DNA from: Pelagibacteraceae bacterium AG-390-A23
GTDB taxonomy: Bacteria > Pseudomonadota > Alphaproteobacteria > Pelagibacterales > Pelagibacteraceae
Direction: 5' to 3'
Length of the DNA: 64,000 nucleotides
Assembly (NCBI GenBank): GCA_003279775.1
Contig: QCGW01000001.1
Coordinates: forward strand, 34,712 to 98,711
This document shows positions 30,049-40,623 of the stretch, piece by piece (position 1 is the first letter of the stretch; each line of letters begins with the position of its first letter). Under the pieces are notes generated by a model, which saw only the letters and a list, made by a program, of their open reading frames with translations, did not search any database and was not told the DNA's origin. The position numbers were made by a program, and so were the translations under genes.

Positions 30049-30822
30049 GTTTATTGTTAATCCATCATGTGCTGGTATCACATTTTTAGGTATCATTTTT
30101 TTAAGCACTTTATAATCTAACACTGGTGATAAATTAGTAAGAATAGCTTTTTTTGGTTTGAATTTTTTAATTACAGCAAGTGAAGTTTCTAAATTAAAAT
30201 GTGATGGATGATAATTGTACCATAAGCAATCAATAATTAAATATTGAAGATTTCTAAAATATTTATGATCTTTGTGATAAATTTTACTTACATCACTAAT
30301 GTAAGCTAATTTTTTATTAATTATAAAGCAATTTGATTTTACTTTACCATGTTGAACTATAATTGATTGAATACCAATTTTTTTATTATTATTTTTAGTA
30401 AATATTTTTTTAGGCAATTTATTAAGTTTTAGTGTTGCAGGATATTCTTTTGAAATACTTTTAAATACATAAGAAAACGTTGAATTAAGATATTTAGAAG
30501 TATATTTATCAGCATAAACATCAAGCTGTTTTTTGCTATTTATAAAAAAAGATCTCAAATCATTTATTCCATGAGTTTGATCACCATGCATATGAGAATA
30601 CAACACTTTATTAATTTTTTTTATTTTATGTCTTAAAAGCTGTTGACGTAAGTCAGGAGACGTATCTATAAGAATATTTTCATCTGTGGTTTTTATTAAT
30701 GCTGAACATCTTGTTCTATAATTTTTTTTATTATTAGGATCACAATTTCCAAAGAAACCATCTGGTCTTGGTACACCCATTGAACTACCACAGCCTAAAA
30801 TAATAAATTGCATTAATTTCAA
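30043..30822 (-). CDS. PhnP-like metallo-beta-lactamase fold hydrolase
   Basis: LGCGSSMGVP, ID..PD.RQQ, HMHGDQ, YISD, AHDG; tatD neighbour. Confidence 0.85.
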   Translation of the reverse strand: MKLMQFIILGCGSSMGVPRPDGFFGNCDPNNKKNYRTRCSALIKTTDENILIDTSPDLRQQLLRHKIKKINKVLYSHMHGDQTHGINDLRSFFINSKKQLDVYADKYTSKYLNSTFSYVFKSISKEYPATLKLNKLPKKIFTKNNNKKIGIQSIIVQHGKVKSNCFIINKKLAYISDVSKIYHKDHKYFRNLQYLIIDCLWYNYHPSHFNLETSLAVIKKFKPKKAILTNLSPVLDYKVLKKMIPKNVIPAHDGLTINL

Positions 30823-31580
30823 TTAAAAAATAGTTTATTAAAGTTATATGTAGTTTTTTTTATAAGATCTTCTTTGGATATATTTTTAATTTCAGCTAAT
30901 TTTGCAGCAGTAAAATCAATAAATGATGGTTCATTTTTTTTGCCTCTTTTAGGTACGGGTGCTAAAAAAGGACTATCAGTTTCAATTAAGATATTATCCA
31001 TCGGAATAGACTTGAAAGTATCTTGCAAATCCAGTGAGTTTTTGAAGGTAATGATGCCACTTGCTGAAAAGAATGAATTTAAAGTCATCAGTTTCTCCGA
31101 AAATTCTTTAGACCCAGTAAAACAATGCATCAAAATTTTAAGGTTTTCATTTTTATATTCATTTAAAATCTCAAAAGTTTCTTTTTCTGCATCTCTTGAA
31201 TGAACAATTAATGGAATATTGGTTTTTATGGATGCATCTATATGTTCTTTAAAACTTGCTATCTGCTTGTCTTTTTCACTATTATTGTAATAAAAATCTA
31301 ACCCTGTTTCTCCAATTCCAATAATTTTTGAGTTTTCATTGAGACTTTCAATGATCCGCTTTGAAGTGATAATATCTGTGGAACTTTCGTGAGGATGAAT
31401 GCCAATAGTACCATAGATCATGTCATCTTTATTAATTAAATCTTTTACTCTAGAAAAACTTTCAAACGAAGTTGAGATAGTAAGTAATTTTTCTATACCC
31501 ACTTCTTTTGATCTTTGTATCACATTAGCCAAATCACTTAATAATGGTTCATGATCTAGATGACAGTGTGAGTCAATCAT
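30819..31580 (-). CDS. tatD: TatD-family DNase
   Basis: DSHCHL, GIHPH, GETGLD, HSR, HCF, ETDSPFL. Confidence 0.95.
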   Translation of the reverse strand: MIDSHCHLDHEPLLSDLANVIQRSKEVGIEKLLTISTSFESFSRVKDLINKDDMIYGTIGIHPHESSTDIITSKRIIESLNENSKIIGIGETGLDFYYNNSEKDKQIASFKEHIDASIKTNIPLIVHSRDAEKETFEILNEYKNENLKILMHCFTGSKEFSEKLMTLNSFFSASGIITFKNSLDLQDTFKSIPMDNILIETDSPFLAPVPKRGKKNEPSFIDFTAAKLAEIKNISKEDLIKKTTYNFNKLFFN

Positions 31581-33114
31581 CGTTTTTCTCTATTTTTTTA
31601 AAAAGTATATCTATTTTATTAATGTTATTACCTTTTGTTAAATACTCATTATTAGAAACTGAATCTAATTTTATATTTTTTTCTTCAATATCAAAAATCT
31701 TTAATGCTTTTAAAGAAGATTCGGGAATAATTGGATATAATAAAAAACTTATTTTTCTTACAATTTCTAAAGTAGTGTAAACTATAGTATTTAATCTAAT
31801 TATGTCGTCTTTTTTTTTCCAAGGTTCTTGATCATTAAAATATTTGTTAGCATCAAAAAGTGAATTTACAATATAATCAATGTAAAAATTAATATTTTGA
31901 TTATCAATTTGTAACCTAATATTATCTAAATTATCTTTATACTTATTTAGTATTAATAAATCTTCATCATGAAATTTAACTTCTAATGGAATTTTTCCAT
32001 TACAATTTTTTATTGCAAAAGCGGTTACACGCTGACATAAATTTCCATAATTATTAGCTAGATCACTATTAATACAATCTTCTAGTCTTTCTTGAGATAT
32101 ATTTCCATCATTCCCAAAGGAAACTTCTTTAATTAAGTAGTATCTTAAAGGATCTAGACCATACTCTTTAATTATTTCAAGTGGATCAAGAATATTTCCT
32201 TTGGATTTAGACATTTTTTCTTCCCCTGATAATATCCATCCATGCCCGTAAACCCTCTTTGGTAAATCAATTTTTGCAGCTAATAAAAAAGCAGGCCAAT
32301 AAACAGCATGAAATCTAAGTATATCTTTTCCAATTAAATGTATTGAGGCTGGCCAAAATTTTTTAAACAAATCATTATTTATATTAGGATAGTTTAATGC
32401 ACTTAAATAATTTGTTAAAGCATCGAGCCAAACATATATCACGTGGTTTTTATTGTTTGGTACAGGTATGCCCCATGAAAAACTTTTTCTACTAACAGAA
32501 AGATCTTTAAGACCACTTTTTACAAAACTAATAACTTCATTTTTCCTAGATTGTGGAGCAATAAAATCTGGATTAGCTTCATAATATTTTAATAGTGGTT
32601 TTTCCCACTTTGAAAGTCTAAAAAAATAAGATTCTTCTTCGATCCATTCAACAGGAGATTTTGATGATATAGCAATTTTTTTTCCATCTAATTGCTCAAT
32701 TTCGTCTTCGTTATAAAAGGCTTCATCTGATACTGAATACCATCCAGAATAATTTGATAAGTATATATCATCATTTCTCTCAAGTTCATTCCAAAGATGT
32801 TGAACTGTTTTTTTATGTCTGGCTTCTGTAGTTCTTATAAAGTCAGTATTTGATAAATTCAAAGTATCTGAAAGATCTCTAAAGGTTTGACTAATTTGAT
32901 CACAAAATACAAGAGGTTCCTTCCCAGCTTTTTCCGCAGATCTTTGAATTTTTAATCCATGTTCGTCTGTACCAGTAAGAAAATGAACCTTGTAATCATC
33001 AATTTTTTTAAATCTTGCAAAAAAGTCTGCGATAATACTTGAATATGCATGACCCATATGAGGCTTAGCTGATGGGTAGTAAATAGGCGTGGTAATATAA
33101 TAAGTTTTATCCAT
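31573..33114 (-). CDS. metG: Methionine-tRNA ligase
   Basis: HMGH, GTDEHG, YVWLDAL, KMSKS. Confidence 0.97.
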   Translation of the reverse strand: MDKTYYITTPIYYPSAKPHMGHAYSSIIADFFARFKKIDDYKVHFLTGTDEHGLKIQRSAEKAGKEPLVFCDQISQTFRDLSDTLNLSNTDFIRTTEARHKKTVQHLWNELERNDDIYLSNYSGWYSVSDEAFYNEDEIEQLDGKKIAISSKSPVEWIEEESYFFRLSKWEKPLLKYYEANPDFIAPQSRKNEVISFVKSGLKDLSVSRKSFSWGIPVPNNKNHVIYVWLDALTNYLSALNYPNINNDLFKKFWPASIHLIGKDILRFHAVYWPAFLLAAKIDLPKRVYGHGWILSGEEKMSKSKGNILDPLEIIKEYGLDPLRYYLIKEVSFGNDGNISQERLEDCINSDLANNYGNLCQRVTAFAIKNCNGKIPLEVKFHDEDLLILNKYKDNLDNIRLQIDNQNINFYIDYIVNSLFDANKYFNDQEPWKKKDDIIRLNTIVYTTLEIVRKISFLLYPIIPESSLKALKIFDIEEKNIKLDSVSNNEYLTKGNNINKIDILFKKIEKNDD

Positions 33115-34036
33115 TTAGTATTTTATCCTCAAATTCCATAAATAATGTTTCCTCATCTAAATTATAAGTTCGAGTATTATTAATTTTTTCTAAAAAATAA
33201 TGATATGACTTTAGTAAACTAATATTTTCAATAGATATATTGTTTCTAAAATAAAGTTCAATAAAAGAATAAATGATTTCAATAATTGATTTATCTTTTT
33301 TATAAATTTTATTTTTAATTATGGTTATTAGTGTAGTGTTTAAATCAAAATTAACAAGATCTAAGTCATATTCTTTAGATAACTTAATTAATTTAAATAA
33401 TTTTCCAGGAGTTGCATAATAATCAAATAACTTGTTATTGATAATAGTATTTATGTCGTCGTTTAATAATTGATTAACAATTCTAATAGACTGATCTTTT
33501 GTTAAAAAAACTTTAAAATTTAAACATCGAGATTTAAGAGTTGGTAGCACTCTTTTATTATTATTAATTAAAATAAAATTTATATTTTCATTAGGTTCTT
33601 CTAAAATTTTTAACAAAGCATTAATAGAATTTAAATTTAATAATTCAATATTATCAATTAAAACAAATCTTTTTTTATTATTAAATGACGATTTATTTAG
33701 ATTTATTATCAATTCCCTAATCTGATTTATATCAATATTTTTCTTTTCCTCTAATACATCAATTAAGTAAAAATTTAGGTTAGATTTATTTAGTATAAGT
33801 TTGTATGACTTATTAGCTGGATTAATTATATTATTTTCATAATCATAGGGATGTTCTTCATTTTCCGACAATACAAAATTGATTAAATGATATGCTAATG
33901 TTGATTTTCCAATACCTTTTTCACCAGATAAAAGAATTTTATTTGGTAAATTATCGTTTTTATATAATTTATATAATTGATTGAAAATTTCTTTGTGCTC
34001 AAATAAATTTATTTGAGTTGAGGGATTTAAATTCAT
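33107..34036 (-). CDS. holB: DNA polymerase III delta' subunit
   Basis: GEKGIGKS, NALLKILEEP, TLKSRC; tmk-holB-metG synteny. Confidence 0.92.
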   Translation of the reverse strand: MNLNPSTQINLFEHKEIFNQLYKLYKNDNLPNKILLSGEKGIGKSTLAYHLINFVLSENEEHPYDYENNIINPANKSYKLILNKSNLNFYLIDVLEEKKNIDINQIRELIINLNKSSFNNKKRFVLIDNIELLNLNSINALLKILEEPNENINFILINNNKRVLPTLKSRCLNFKVFLTKDQSIRIVNQLLNDDINTIINNKLFDYYATPGKLFKLIKLSKEYDLDLVNFDLNTTLITIIKNKIYKKDKSIIEIIYSFIELYFRNNISIENISLLKSYHYFLEKINNTRTYNLDEETLFMEFEDKILNG

Positions 34037-34647
34037 TTAATTAATTTATTGAGTTGATTTAAAATTAAATCTTCATTTTTTTTAATATCTAAATTTGAGT
34101 CAATTATTTTGTATGATTTTTTGTTAGATTTGGCTAATTTTAAAAAACCCTTTTGAACTTTATTATAAAAATTTATATCAAATTGGTCATATCGGTTAAG
34201 AGATTTTCTTTTTTTTAATCTTTGAAAAAGATTTTTTCTATTTACAATATTGAGAAAAGTAAAGTCTACTTTAATTTTTTCTAATAAAAATTTATTTATA
34301 ATATTTATAATTTTTAAATCAATACCCATACCATAATGTTGATATGCAATAGTTGAGTCTGTGAATCTATCAATTAAAATAATTTTTTTTTTATAAGATT
34401 TTTTGATAAGATTTATATTTTCACTACGTGCAGCTAAATACAAAAGTAAATCAGTATGAATATTAAAATTAGATTTTTTATTTAAAATTAATCTTCTTAT
34501 TTTTTCTGAGTTAAGACTTCCACCTGGTTCTCTTATCTTTATATAACTAATTTTTTTCTTATCTAAATATTTAGATATTTTATTTATATGGTGGCTTTTA
34601 CCACTGCCCTCTATACCTTCAAAGACAATGATAGGTTTTTTAGACAT
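34033..34647 (-). CDS. tmk: Thymidylate kinase
   Basis: FEGIEGSGKS, REPGG, DRF..STIAYQ. Confidence 0.95.
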   Translation of the reverse strand: MSKKPIIVFEGIEGSGKSHHINKISKYLDKKKISYIKIREPGGSLNSEKIRRLILNKKSNFNIHTDLLLYLAARSENINLIKKSYKKKIILIDRFTDSTIAYQHYGMGIDLKIINIINKFLLEKIKVDFTFLNIVNRKNLFQRLKKRKSLNRYDQFDINFYNKVQKGFLKLAKSNKKSYKIIDSNLDIKKNEDLILNQLNKLIK

Positions 34648-35791
34648 CACCCCAAATTAAATAATTTATTGATTTTATTAATCTCGTAAAAAAATTAACT
34701 TTTTTAATTTCTTTAGATGAAAGTAAATCATACTCACCAACAAGTTCTTGATCATAAACAACTCTTAGAGTGGCTATTTTTTGATCTTTTTTAATTGGTG
34801 CTTCGACTGGTCCATCATACTTAACAACAACTTTTAAAAGTTTTTTTTTCGCTTTTTTGATTGTTTTATAAATATCTTCCTTTGTATATGCTTCCACACT
34901 ATTCTCTTTTCCTAACCAAACATCAATTTTGTGTAAAGGTTTATTGGCTTTAGCTATTTCTACAAGATCATAGTTGGTAAGACCAAATGTAAGTAATTTT
35001 GTGCTTTCTTTAGATCTAGCATTTTTTGAATTAAAACCACTTCCAACAGCAATCAATCTTCTGCCATTTCTATCTATTGATGACGCTAAAGAATATTTTT
35101 CAACAGCTAAATAACCAGTTTTTATTCCATCTGCTCCAAGATTTTTATAAAGCAAAGGATTTCTATTTCCTTGTGTTATAGGATCACCACCTGTTCTGTC
35201 CCACGTAAATTCTTTTTCAGCAAACATTTTATAAAATTCAGGATGTTCTTTAATTAAATATCTGGACATTTTCAAAATATCTCTAACAGTTGAGTAATTA
35301 TCGGGGTCATTTATTCCTGATGAATTAGAAAAGTTTGTACTATCCATACCTAATTCTTTTGCTTTAGCAGTCATTAAGATAGCAAATTCTTCTTCAGTAC
35401 CCGCTATACCTTCAGCTAATGCAATACATGCATCATTACCTGAAGCAACGATAATACCTCTTAATAAATTTTCTACAGAGACTTGGTCACCTACCATTAT
35501 AAACATCGACGAATATCCAGATGTAGACAATCTCCAAGCTCTCTCTGATATTATAAATTTTTCATCCAAACTAAGATCGCCTGATTTAATTAAATCAAAA
35601 GCAATAATTGCTGTCATTATTTTTGTCATAGAAGCTGGATAAATTGAAATATCAGGATCTTTTTCATAAAGAATTTCTCCAGAATGATAATCTTGTAATA
35701 TTGCAGTTCTTGCCTTTACATCAAAATTAGCTTTTGAAACATTTACTAATGACAAACTAAAAAAAATTACAATTAATAATATTCTAAACAT
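34640..35791 (-). CDS. dacA: D-alanyl-D-alanine carboxypeptidase (PBP5/6)
   Basis: SMTK, SGN, KTG motifs. Confidence 0.92.
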   Translation of the reverse strand: MFRILLIVIFFSLSLVNVSKANFDVKARTAILQDYHSGEILYEKDPDISIYPASMTKIMTAIIAFDLIKSGDLSLDEKFIISERAWRLSTSGYSSMFIMVGDQVSVENLLRGIIVASGNDACIALAEGIAGTEEEFAILMTAKAKELGMDSTNFSNSSGINDPDNYSTVRDILKMSRYLIKEHPEFYKMFAEKEFTWDRTGGDPITQGNRNPLLYKNLGADGIKTGYLAVEKYSLASSIDRNGRRLIAVGSGFNSKNARSKESTKLLTFGLTNYDLVEIAKANKPLHKIDVWLGKENSVEAYTKEDIYKTIKKAKKKLLKVVVKYDGPVEAPIKKDQKIATLRVVYDQELVGEYDLLSSKEIKKVNFFTRLIKSINYLIWGDV

Positions 35792-36545
35792 CTTTTAATA
35801 TCTCTATATTTTCAAAATCTAATACTTTTATTTCATTAAATGATTTTTCCAGTTTTTTTATATCATCAAATGGACCCAATAATACCCTATATTTAGTTTT
35901 AGATAATTTCTTAATTACAGATTTTTTTATATTTGTCTCATCTTTTATTCTATCAACCATATTTTCTGCGGAGTCTCTGTAATAAAAATCTGCAATCTTT
36001 ATTGAATATAAAAATTTATGTTTTTTTATTTTGACACCCTTATCTTTTTCTTTACCAAGATTATCTATAATAATTCCGTCAACAGGAGCTTTTTCAGCTA
36101 CACTTTTCTCTTCATCAAAAGTCTTTGCTTTTTTAGCTACAAATGTTGAACTTTTTGAGATTAAAACAAGATCAATATAAGGCTCTTTAGGGTCAAGTGA
36201 TAACTCCTCAGCAATTCGTTGCGTAATTACAGAGTTGTAAAAAGATGAGAATGAAACATTATTAGAGATTACTTCTGCTATAATTGACTTATCATTAACA
36301 GGATTGGTAATTTTAACAAATGAATTTTTTTTAATTTTATTATGAAAAATTAAAAGAGATCTATTATCAATTTTTTTAGATATTTTTTTTTCTTTTTTTA
36401 ATTCATTATCATAAATTAAAGCAAATCCAGTATTACTATACTTTTGATCACTAATATAAACTAAGTTTTTATCATTTTGATCAAATTGATTACATGCAGA
36501 TAAAAAAAGTATAGAAAGAATTAATATTAGTTTTTTAAAGTTCAT
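35784..36545 (-). CDS. RlpA-like lipoprotein with C-terminal SPOR domain
   Basis: Lipobox LSAC, VKITNP, YRVLLGPF; mltB-rlpA-dac synteny. Confidence 0.75.
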   Translation of the reverse strand: MNFKKLILILSILFLSACNQFDQNDKNLVYISDQKYSNTGFALIYDNELKKEKKISKKIDNRSLLIFHNKIKKNSFVKITNPVNDKSIIAEVISNNVSFSSFYNSVITQRIAEELSLDPKEPYIDLVLISKSSTFVAKKAKTFDEEKSVAEKAPVDGIIIDNLGKEKDKGVKIKKHKFLYSIKIADFYYRDSAENMVDRIKDETNIKKSVIKKLSKTKYRVLLGPFDDIKKLEKSFNEIKVLDFENIEILKDV

Positions 36546-37536
36546 TTTTAAATTTATCTTTTAATGTACAAACGGCCAAAGCGAATCGCAATGATCTATT
36601 CCATTTTAATATTATCTCATAGTTATCAAACACGATATAAGCTGGATTTAATGTTTCGGCATCAGGTATGATATCTTTATCCGGAGTTATAATGGCTACT
36701 TCTAAAGCGTTATACTTGTTATCTATTTGATTGTTATTTTTAATAAATTTTCTAAAAAATTTTAATTTTTTTTTATCATGAAGTTTTTTTGCAGAAATGT
36801 TTAAATATTTACTTGGTATATTCTCTGATAAGTCAATTCTATAAAAACAAGGATTCTCACTTTTCCAACCTATTTGATTTAAATAGTTTGATGCTGAAGC
36901 ATAAGCATCGTTATTATTTTTTAAATCTATATATCCGTTACCATCATAGTCAATTGCATAATTTTTCATTGTTGATGGCATAAATTGAAAAAATCCAAAA
37001 GCACCTGCCCAAGATCCATATAATGTTTTGTAATCTATTTGTTCATTTTCAATTAATCTCAAAAGAATTAATAATTCATTTGTAAAAAATTCTGATCTTC
37101 TTTTATCAAAACTTAAAGTTGCCAAAGAGGATAAAATATCCATTTTACCAACGTAAGTTCCAAAATTAGTTTCTATTCCCATTAGAGCTAATAGTAGCTC
37201 TCTCTCTATATTAAACTCGTTTTCAACGTTATTGATTAACAGTGAATTTTTTTCATAGAATTTTTTTCCTAATGAGACTTTTTTTGAAGATGTTCTTTTT
37301 GAAATATATGTTTTAGTATCCTCATAAAATTCAGGTTGATATCTGTCATATTTTATTACATCTGATAAAAATTTAGTATCGGACATAACTATATTAAATG
37401 TTTTTTCTGAAATATTGTTTTCTAAAGCTATTTTTTTAAAATTTAATTTCCAATTTTCAAATTCTTTATTGACATCAGCAAATGAAAAATTAATAGAAAT
37501 AAAAATAAAAAATAAAAAATAATTAATTAGTTTCAT
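36535..37536 (-). CDS. mltB: Lytic murein transglycosylase B family
   Basis: GIETNFG, GSWAGAFG..QFMPS, DYDGNG, WNRS. Confidence 0.92.
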   Translation of the reverse strand: MKLINYFLFFIFISINFSFADVNKEFENWKLNFKKIALENNISEKTFNIVMSDTKFLSDVIKYDRYQPEFYEDTKTYISKRTSSKKVSLGKKFYEKNSLLINNVENEFNIERELLLALMGIETNFGTYVGKMDILSSLATLSFDKRRSEFFTNELLILLRLIENEQIDYKTLYGSWAGAFGFFQFMPSTMKNYAIDYDGNGYIDLKNNNDAYASASNYLNQIGWKSENPCFYRIDLSENIPSKYLNISAKKLHDKKKLKFFRKFIKNNNQIDNKYNALEVAIITPDKDIIPDAETLNPAYIVFDNYEIILKWNRSLRFALAVCTLKDKFKNEL

Positions 37537-38401
37537 GCAAATCTTTCAAATATATAATTACAGCAATCCAAATAAAAATAAAACTAACTAATTTTGTTAT
37601 TGAAAAAGGCTCGTTGTAATAAAAATACCCTAATAAAAACTGAAAAGTAGGAGTTATATAAAATATCATGCCAGTCGGCCCTAAACCACAGAGTTCAACT
37701 CCCCTAACATATAAAAATAAAGGTATGACAGTCATAGGTCCAGCAAGATAAATAAATAACATCATTGATGGATCGGATAATTGAAAATCATTATATCCTT
37801 TGCTCGCTATCAAATAAAAAGCTAACAGTGCAAATGGTAATATAAATAAACTCTCGATAAGAAGGCCTATATCAGTCTCAACGTTTATTTTTTTTCTAAC
37901 AAGATTATAAAACCCCCAACTTAAGGCAACAATTAAACCAACCCAAGGCAATGATTTAATGCTTGCTATTATTAAAAAAAGAATTGATAGAATAACTAAG
38001 AAAATTGAAAAGATTCTTTTTTTATTAAGTTTTTCTTTAAAAAAAAGATAACCAAGCATTACGCTTAAAATGGGCATTATAAAATACCCAAAACTTGCAT
38101 CTATAATTCTATTTGTTGCTATAGCATATATCCATACACCCCAATTTATAAAAATTAAAAATCCTGAGATAATTAAATAAAATAAATTTGATTTATTTTT
38201 TACAATTTTAAAAAAAACATTCCATTTAGAGAAAAAAAAAGTAGTCAGAATTAAAGTAAACGCTGTCCACAAACATCTATGAACTACTAATTCAATATAC
38301 CCAATATAAGCGATATATTTAAAATAAATTACACCAAAAAATCCCCACCAAAAAGATCCAAACCCAGCAAGTAATAAGCCTTTGTTAAATTCTTTATTCA
38401 T
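37523..38401 (-). CDS. rarD: RarD (EamA/DMT) transporter
   Basis: NWGVWIYA, ASFGYFIMP, KEKL, YITPT.QF. Confidence 0.88.
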   Translation of the reverse strand: MNKEFNKGLLLAGFGSFWWGFFGVIYFKYIAYIGYIELVVHRCLWTAFTLILTTFFFSKWNVFFKIVKNKSNLFYLIISGFLIFINWGVWIYAIATNRIIDASFGYFIMPILSVMLGYLFFKEKLNKKRIFSIFLVILSILFLIIASIKSLPWVGLIVALSWGFYNLVRKKINVETDIGLLIESLFILPFALLAFYLIASKGYNDFQLSDPSMMLFIYLAGPMTVIPLFLYVRGVELCGLGPTGMIFYITPTFQFLLGYFYYNEPFSITKLVSFIFIWIAVIIYLKDLHETN

Positions 38402-38469
38402 AGGAACTCATGATGCTTGTAATTAATAAGTTTATTAGACTATTTTATGGTTGAATTAAATAATTATAA

Positions 38470-38526
38470 TTATAAAACCTTGCACACGGAGAGATGGCTG
38501 AGCGGTTGAAAGCACCGGTCTTGAAA
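38470..38526 (+). repeat. Left att duplication: tRNA-Ser promoter end plus 5' half, truncated after the anticodon loop
   Basis: 57 bp identical to 41680-41736 except one base; tRNA part 38488-38526 ends at CTTGAAA. Confidence 0.93.
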
Positions 38527-38567
38527 TTCTAAGTAACCCCAACCCATTTTAAGACGATTCACATGCT

Positions 38568-38580
38568 TATCAAGTCATTG
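38568..38580 (+). promoter_or_regulatory. IHF-binding consensus site
   Basis: TATCAAGTCATTG = WATCAANNNNTTR, lying between the att core and the arm repeat. Confidence 0.6.
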
Positions 38581-38642
38581 CTTACTTATTTAATTTCACC
38601 TTTTACGAAACAAGCATCATTCTTGGCTCGCTTAAGCTACAA

Positions 38643-38667
38643 AACTAGAGACAAACTAGAGACAAAT
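38643..38667 (+). repeat. Arm-type tandem repeat, left copy
   Basis: AACTAGAGACAAACTAGAGACAAAT (11 bp period, two units), identical to 41602-41626. Confidence 0.85.
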
Positions 38668-38709
38668 ATTATTTATTAATTTTTTAAAATAGATTTTGCT
38701 CTTAAATAA

Positions 38710-39717
38710 TCAATTGTTTGGATAAAGATTTTCTAGGAAGATTTTTGCAGCTTTTTCCCAAGAGAAATTTTTTGCAAATTCAAGACAATCTTGACGATTT
38801 ATTTTTAATGCTTTCATCGCAGATTTTCTCAAATCGTGATCTAGAGTATCAATATTAGTTCCTCCTAATATATCTTTAGGTCCAGGTACAGGATAAGCAG
38901 CAACAGGTGTTCCGCAATTTAAAGACTCCAAAATAACTATACCAAAAGTGTCAGTTTTACTTGGAAATACAAAAACATCTGATGATGCAAAATGTGAAGC
39001 TAATTCTCCATTAGTTCTTTCACCTAAAAAAATATCTTTTGGAAATTTTTTTTTTAAATTTTTTAAATCAGGTCCTTTTCCAATAATAACTTTAGTACCT
39101 TCGAGATCCAAATCTAAAAAGGCTTTAATATTTTTTTCAACTGCAACCCTACCAACATATATCCATATAGGTCTTTTATAAGGTAAATTTTGTTTAACAG
39201 GATTTTTAAATGCGCCATGATTGCCTCCCCTAGTCCATGTTACCATTTTATTATTATCTATACCTAATGCTATTAGTTCCTCACGCATAGACTCTGTTGT
39301 AATTAAAATTTTTTCAGCTTTATTATGAAAATTACATAAAAATTTTTCTGACCACTTAGCTGGAATTATGGGCATATATAGTTTCATATATTTATCAAAC
39401 CTGGTGTGAAAGCTTGTGGTAAATTTCAGATCTTTTTTAATACAATGTCTTCTTGCCATGAAGCCAATGGGTCCTTCTGTTGCAATATGTATAGCATCAG
39501 GATTGATGGAATTAATCAAATTACTTACACGTGGCCACACATTTATAGACAATCTTATTTCGTTATATTTTGGCATTGGTACTGTAAAAAATTGTTGTGG
39601 AGTAAGATATTCAATAATGTGACCTTGTGATTTAAGTATTTCACCAGTTTGATGAAGTGTTCTTACAACACCGTTAACTTGAGGGTAATATGCATCAGTT
39701 ACTATTAAAATTTTCAT
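38710..39717 (-). CDS. GT4 glycosyltransferase, Agt-like glycolipid synthase
   Basis: TDAYYPQVNGVVRT, HIATEGPIG, YVGRVAVEKN, FPSKTDTFG...E; directly downstream of plcP. Confidence 0.85.
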   Translation of the reverse strand: MKILIVTDAYYPQVNGVVRTLHQTGEILKSQGHIIEYLTPQQFFTVPMPKYNEIRLSINVWPRVSNLINSINPDAIHIATEGPIGFMARRHCIKKDLKFTTSFHTRFDKYMKLYMPIIPAKWSEKFLCNFHNKAEKILITTESMREELIALGIDNNKMVTWTRGGNHGAFKNPVKQNLPYKRPIWIYVGRVAVEKNIKAFLDLDLEGTKVIIGKGPDLKNLKKKFPKDIFLGERTNGELASHFASSDVFVFPSKTDTFGIVILESLNCGTPVAAYPVPGPKDILGGTNIDTLDHDLRKSAMKALKINRQDCLEFAKNFSWEKAAKIFLENLYPNN

Positions 39718-39720
39718 TCT

Positions 39721-40527
39721 TTAAGATGCTTCTTTTATGTAAGTAAACTTATCCTTATCTTTATCTTCTGAGATATATTCTTTTCTTTTGGTGTCCCAAA
39801 AAATAATTTCAAAAGTTCCGTCATATTTTTCAGCCAAGGCTGTGCATGACTCTACCCAATCACCACAATTTAAATAATTTACTCCATTAAAATCTCTATC
39901 TTCAGCATGGTGTATGTGACCACAAATAATTCCATCAAATTTTTTTTTTTTCGCATAATTTGAAACCGTCTTTTCATATTCACCAATATATTTAACTGCA
40001 TTTTTGACTTTATATTTTAAAAATTTTGCAAGAGACCAATATTCTTTACCTCTTAACTTCCTAAAAAAATTAATTATTACGTTTAGTTTTAACAATAAAT
40101 TGTAGGCTATTGATCCAAGTTTAGATAACCATTTTGCATGTTTCATAACACCATCCCAAGCATCGCCATGAACAACAACATATTTTTTTCCTGAATTTGT
40201 TTTGTGAATAACTCTATTAACAAAATGGATATCTCCAAAATCCATTGGGATAAATTTTCTAAGTAATTCGTCATGATTTCCAATAATGTAAAATACTTTT
40301 GTACCATGTCTCGATTTTCTCAATATTTTTTGAATGACATCATTGTGCGATTGTGGCCAATGAAAACTTTTTTGCATAGCCCAAATGTCGATGATATCAC
40401 CAACCAAATAAAGATTTTCAGATCTTGTATATTTAAAAAACTCAAGAAGTTTATTAGCCTGACAACCTTTTGTCCCCAAATGCACGTCAGAAACAAATAT
40501 ACTTTTATATTTTAAAAGATTTAGCAT
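39721..40527 (-). CDS. plcP: PlcP-like phospholipase C (LpxH-family metallophosphoesterase)
   Basis: SDVHLG, GDIID, GNHD, HGD, GHIH, GDWVES; likely start MLNLLKY at 40527. Confidence 0.85.
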   Translation of the reverse strand: MLNLLKYKSIFVSDVHLGTKGCQANKLLEFFKYTRSENLYLVGDIIDIWAMQKSFHWPQSHNDVIQKILRKSRHGTKVFYIIGNHDELLRKFIPMDFGDIHFVNRVIHKTNSGKKYVVVHGDAWDGVMKHAKWLSKLGSIAYNLLLKLNVIINFFRKLRGKEYWSLAKFLKYKVKNAVKYIGEYEKTVSNYAKKKKFDGIICGHIHHAEDRDFNGVNYLNCGDWVESCTALAEKYDGTFEIIFWDTKRKEYISEDKDKDKFTYIKEAS

Positions 40528-40541
40528 TAACAAATCTATTT

Positions 40542-40559
40542 TTGTAACAATATTGTAAC
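40542..40559. promoter_or_regulatory. Putative Pho box between the divergent plcP and dagK genes
   Basis: TTGTAAC-AATA-TTGTAAC, two heptamers at 11 bp period; near-palindromic, so readable on both strands. Confidence 0.6.
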
Positions 40560-40623
40560 GTGAATCATTTATGTTTTCTGACATTCAATTATTAAGAATT
40601 TGTTAAAATTTTTTTAAAGAATT

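Noticed and set aside
38488-38526. Second functional tRNA-Ser
   Set aside because: Lacks the 3' anticodon stem, variable arm, T arm and acceptor 3' strand.
38643-38667. CRISPR-like repeat
   Set aside because: Only two copies, 3 kb apart, with no spacers or cas genes.
40528-40584. 19 aa N-terminal extension of plcP given by the ORF track
   Set aside because: It overlaps the Pho box, and the conserved domain starts just after ATG 40527.
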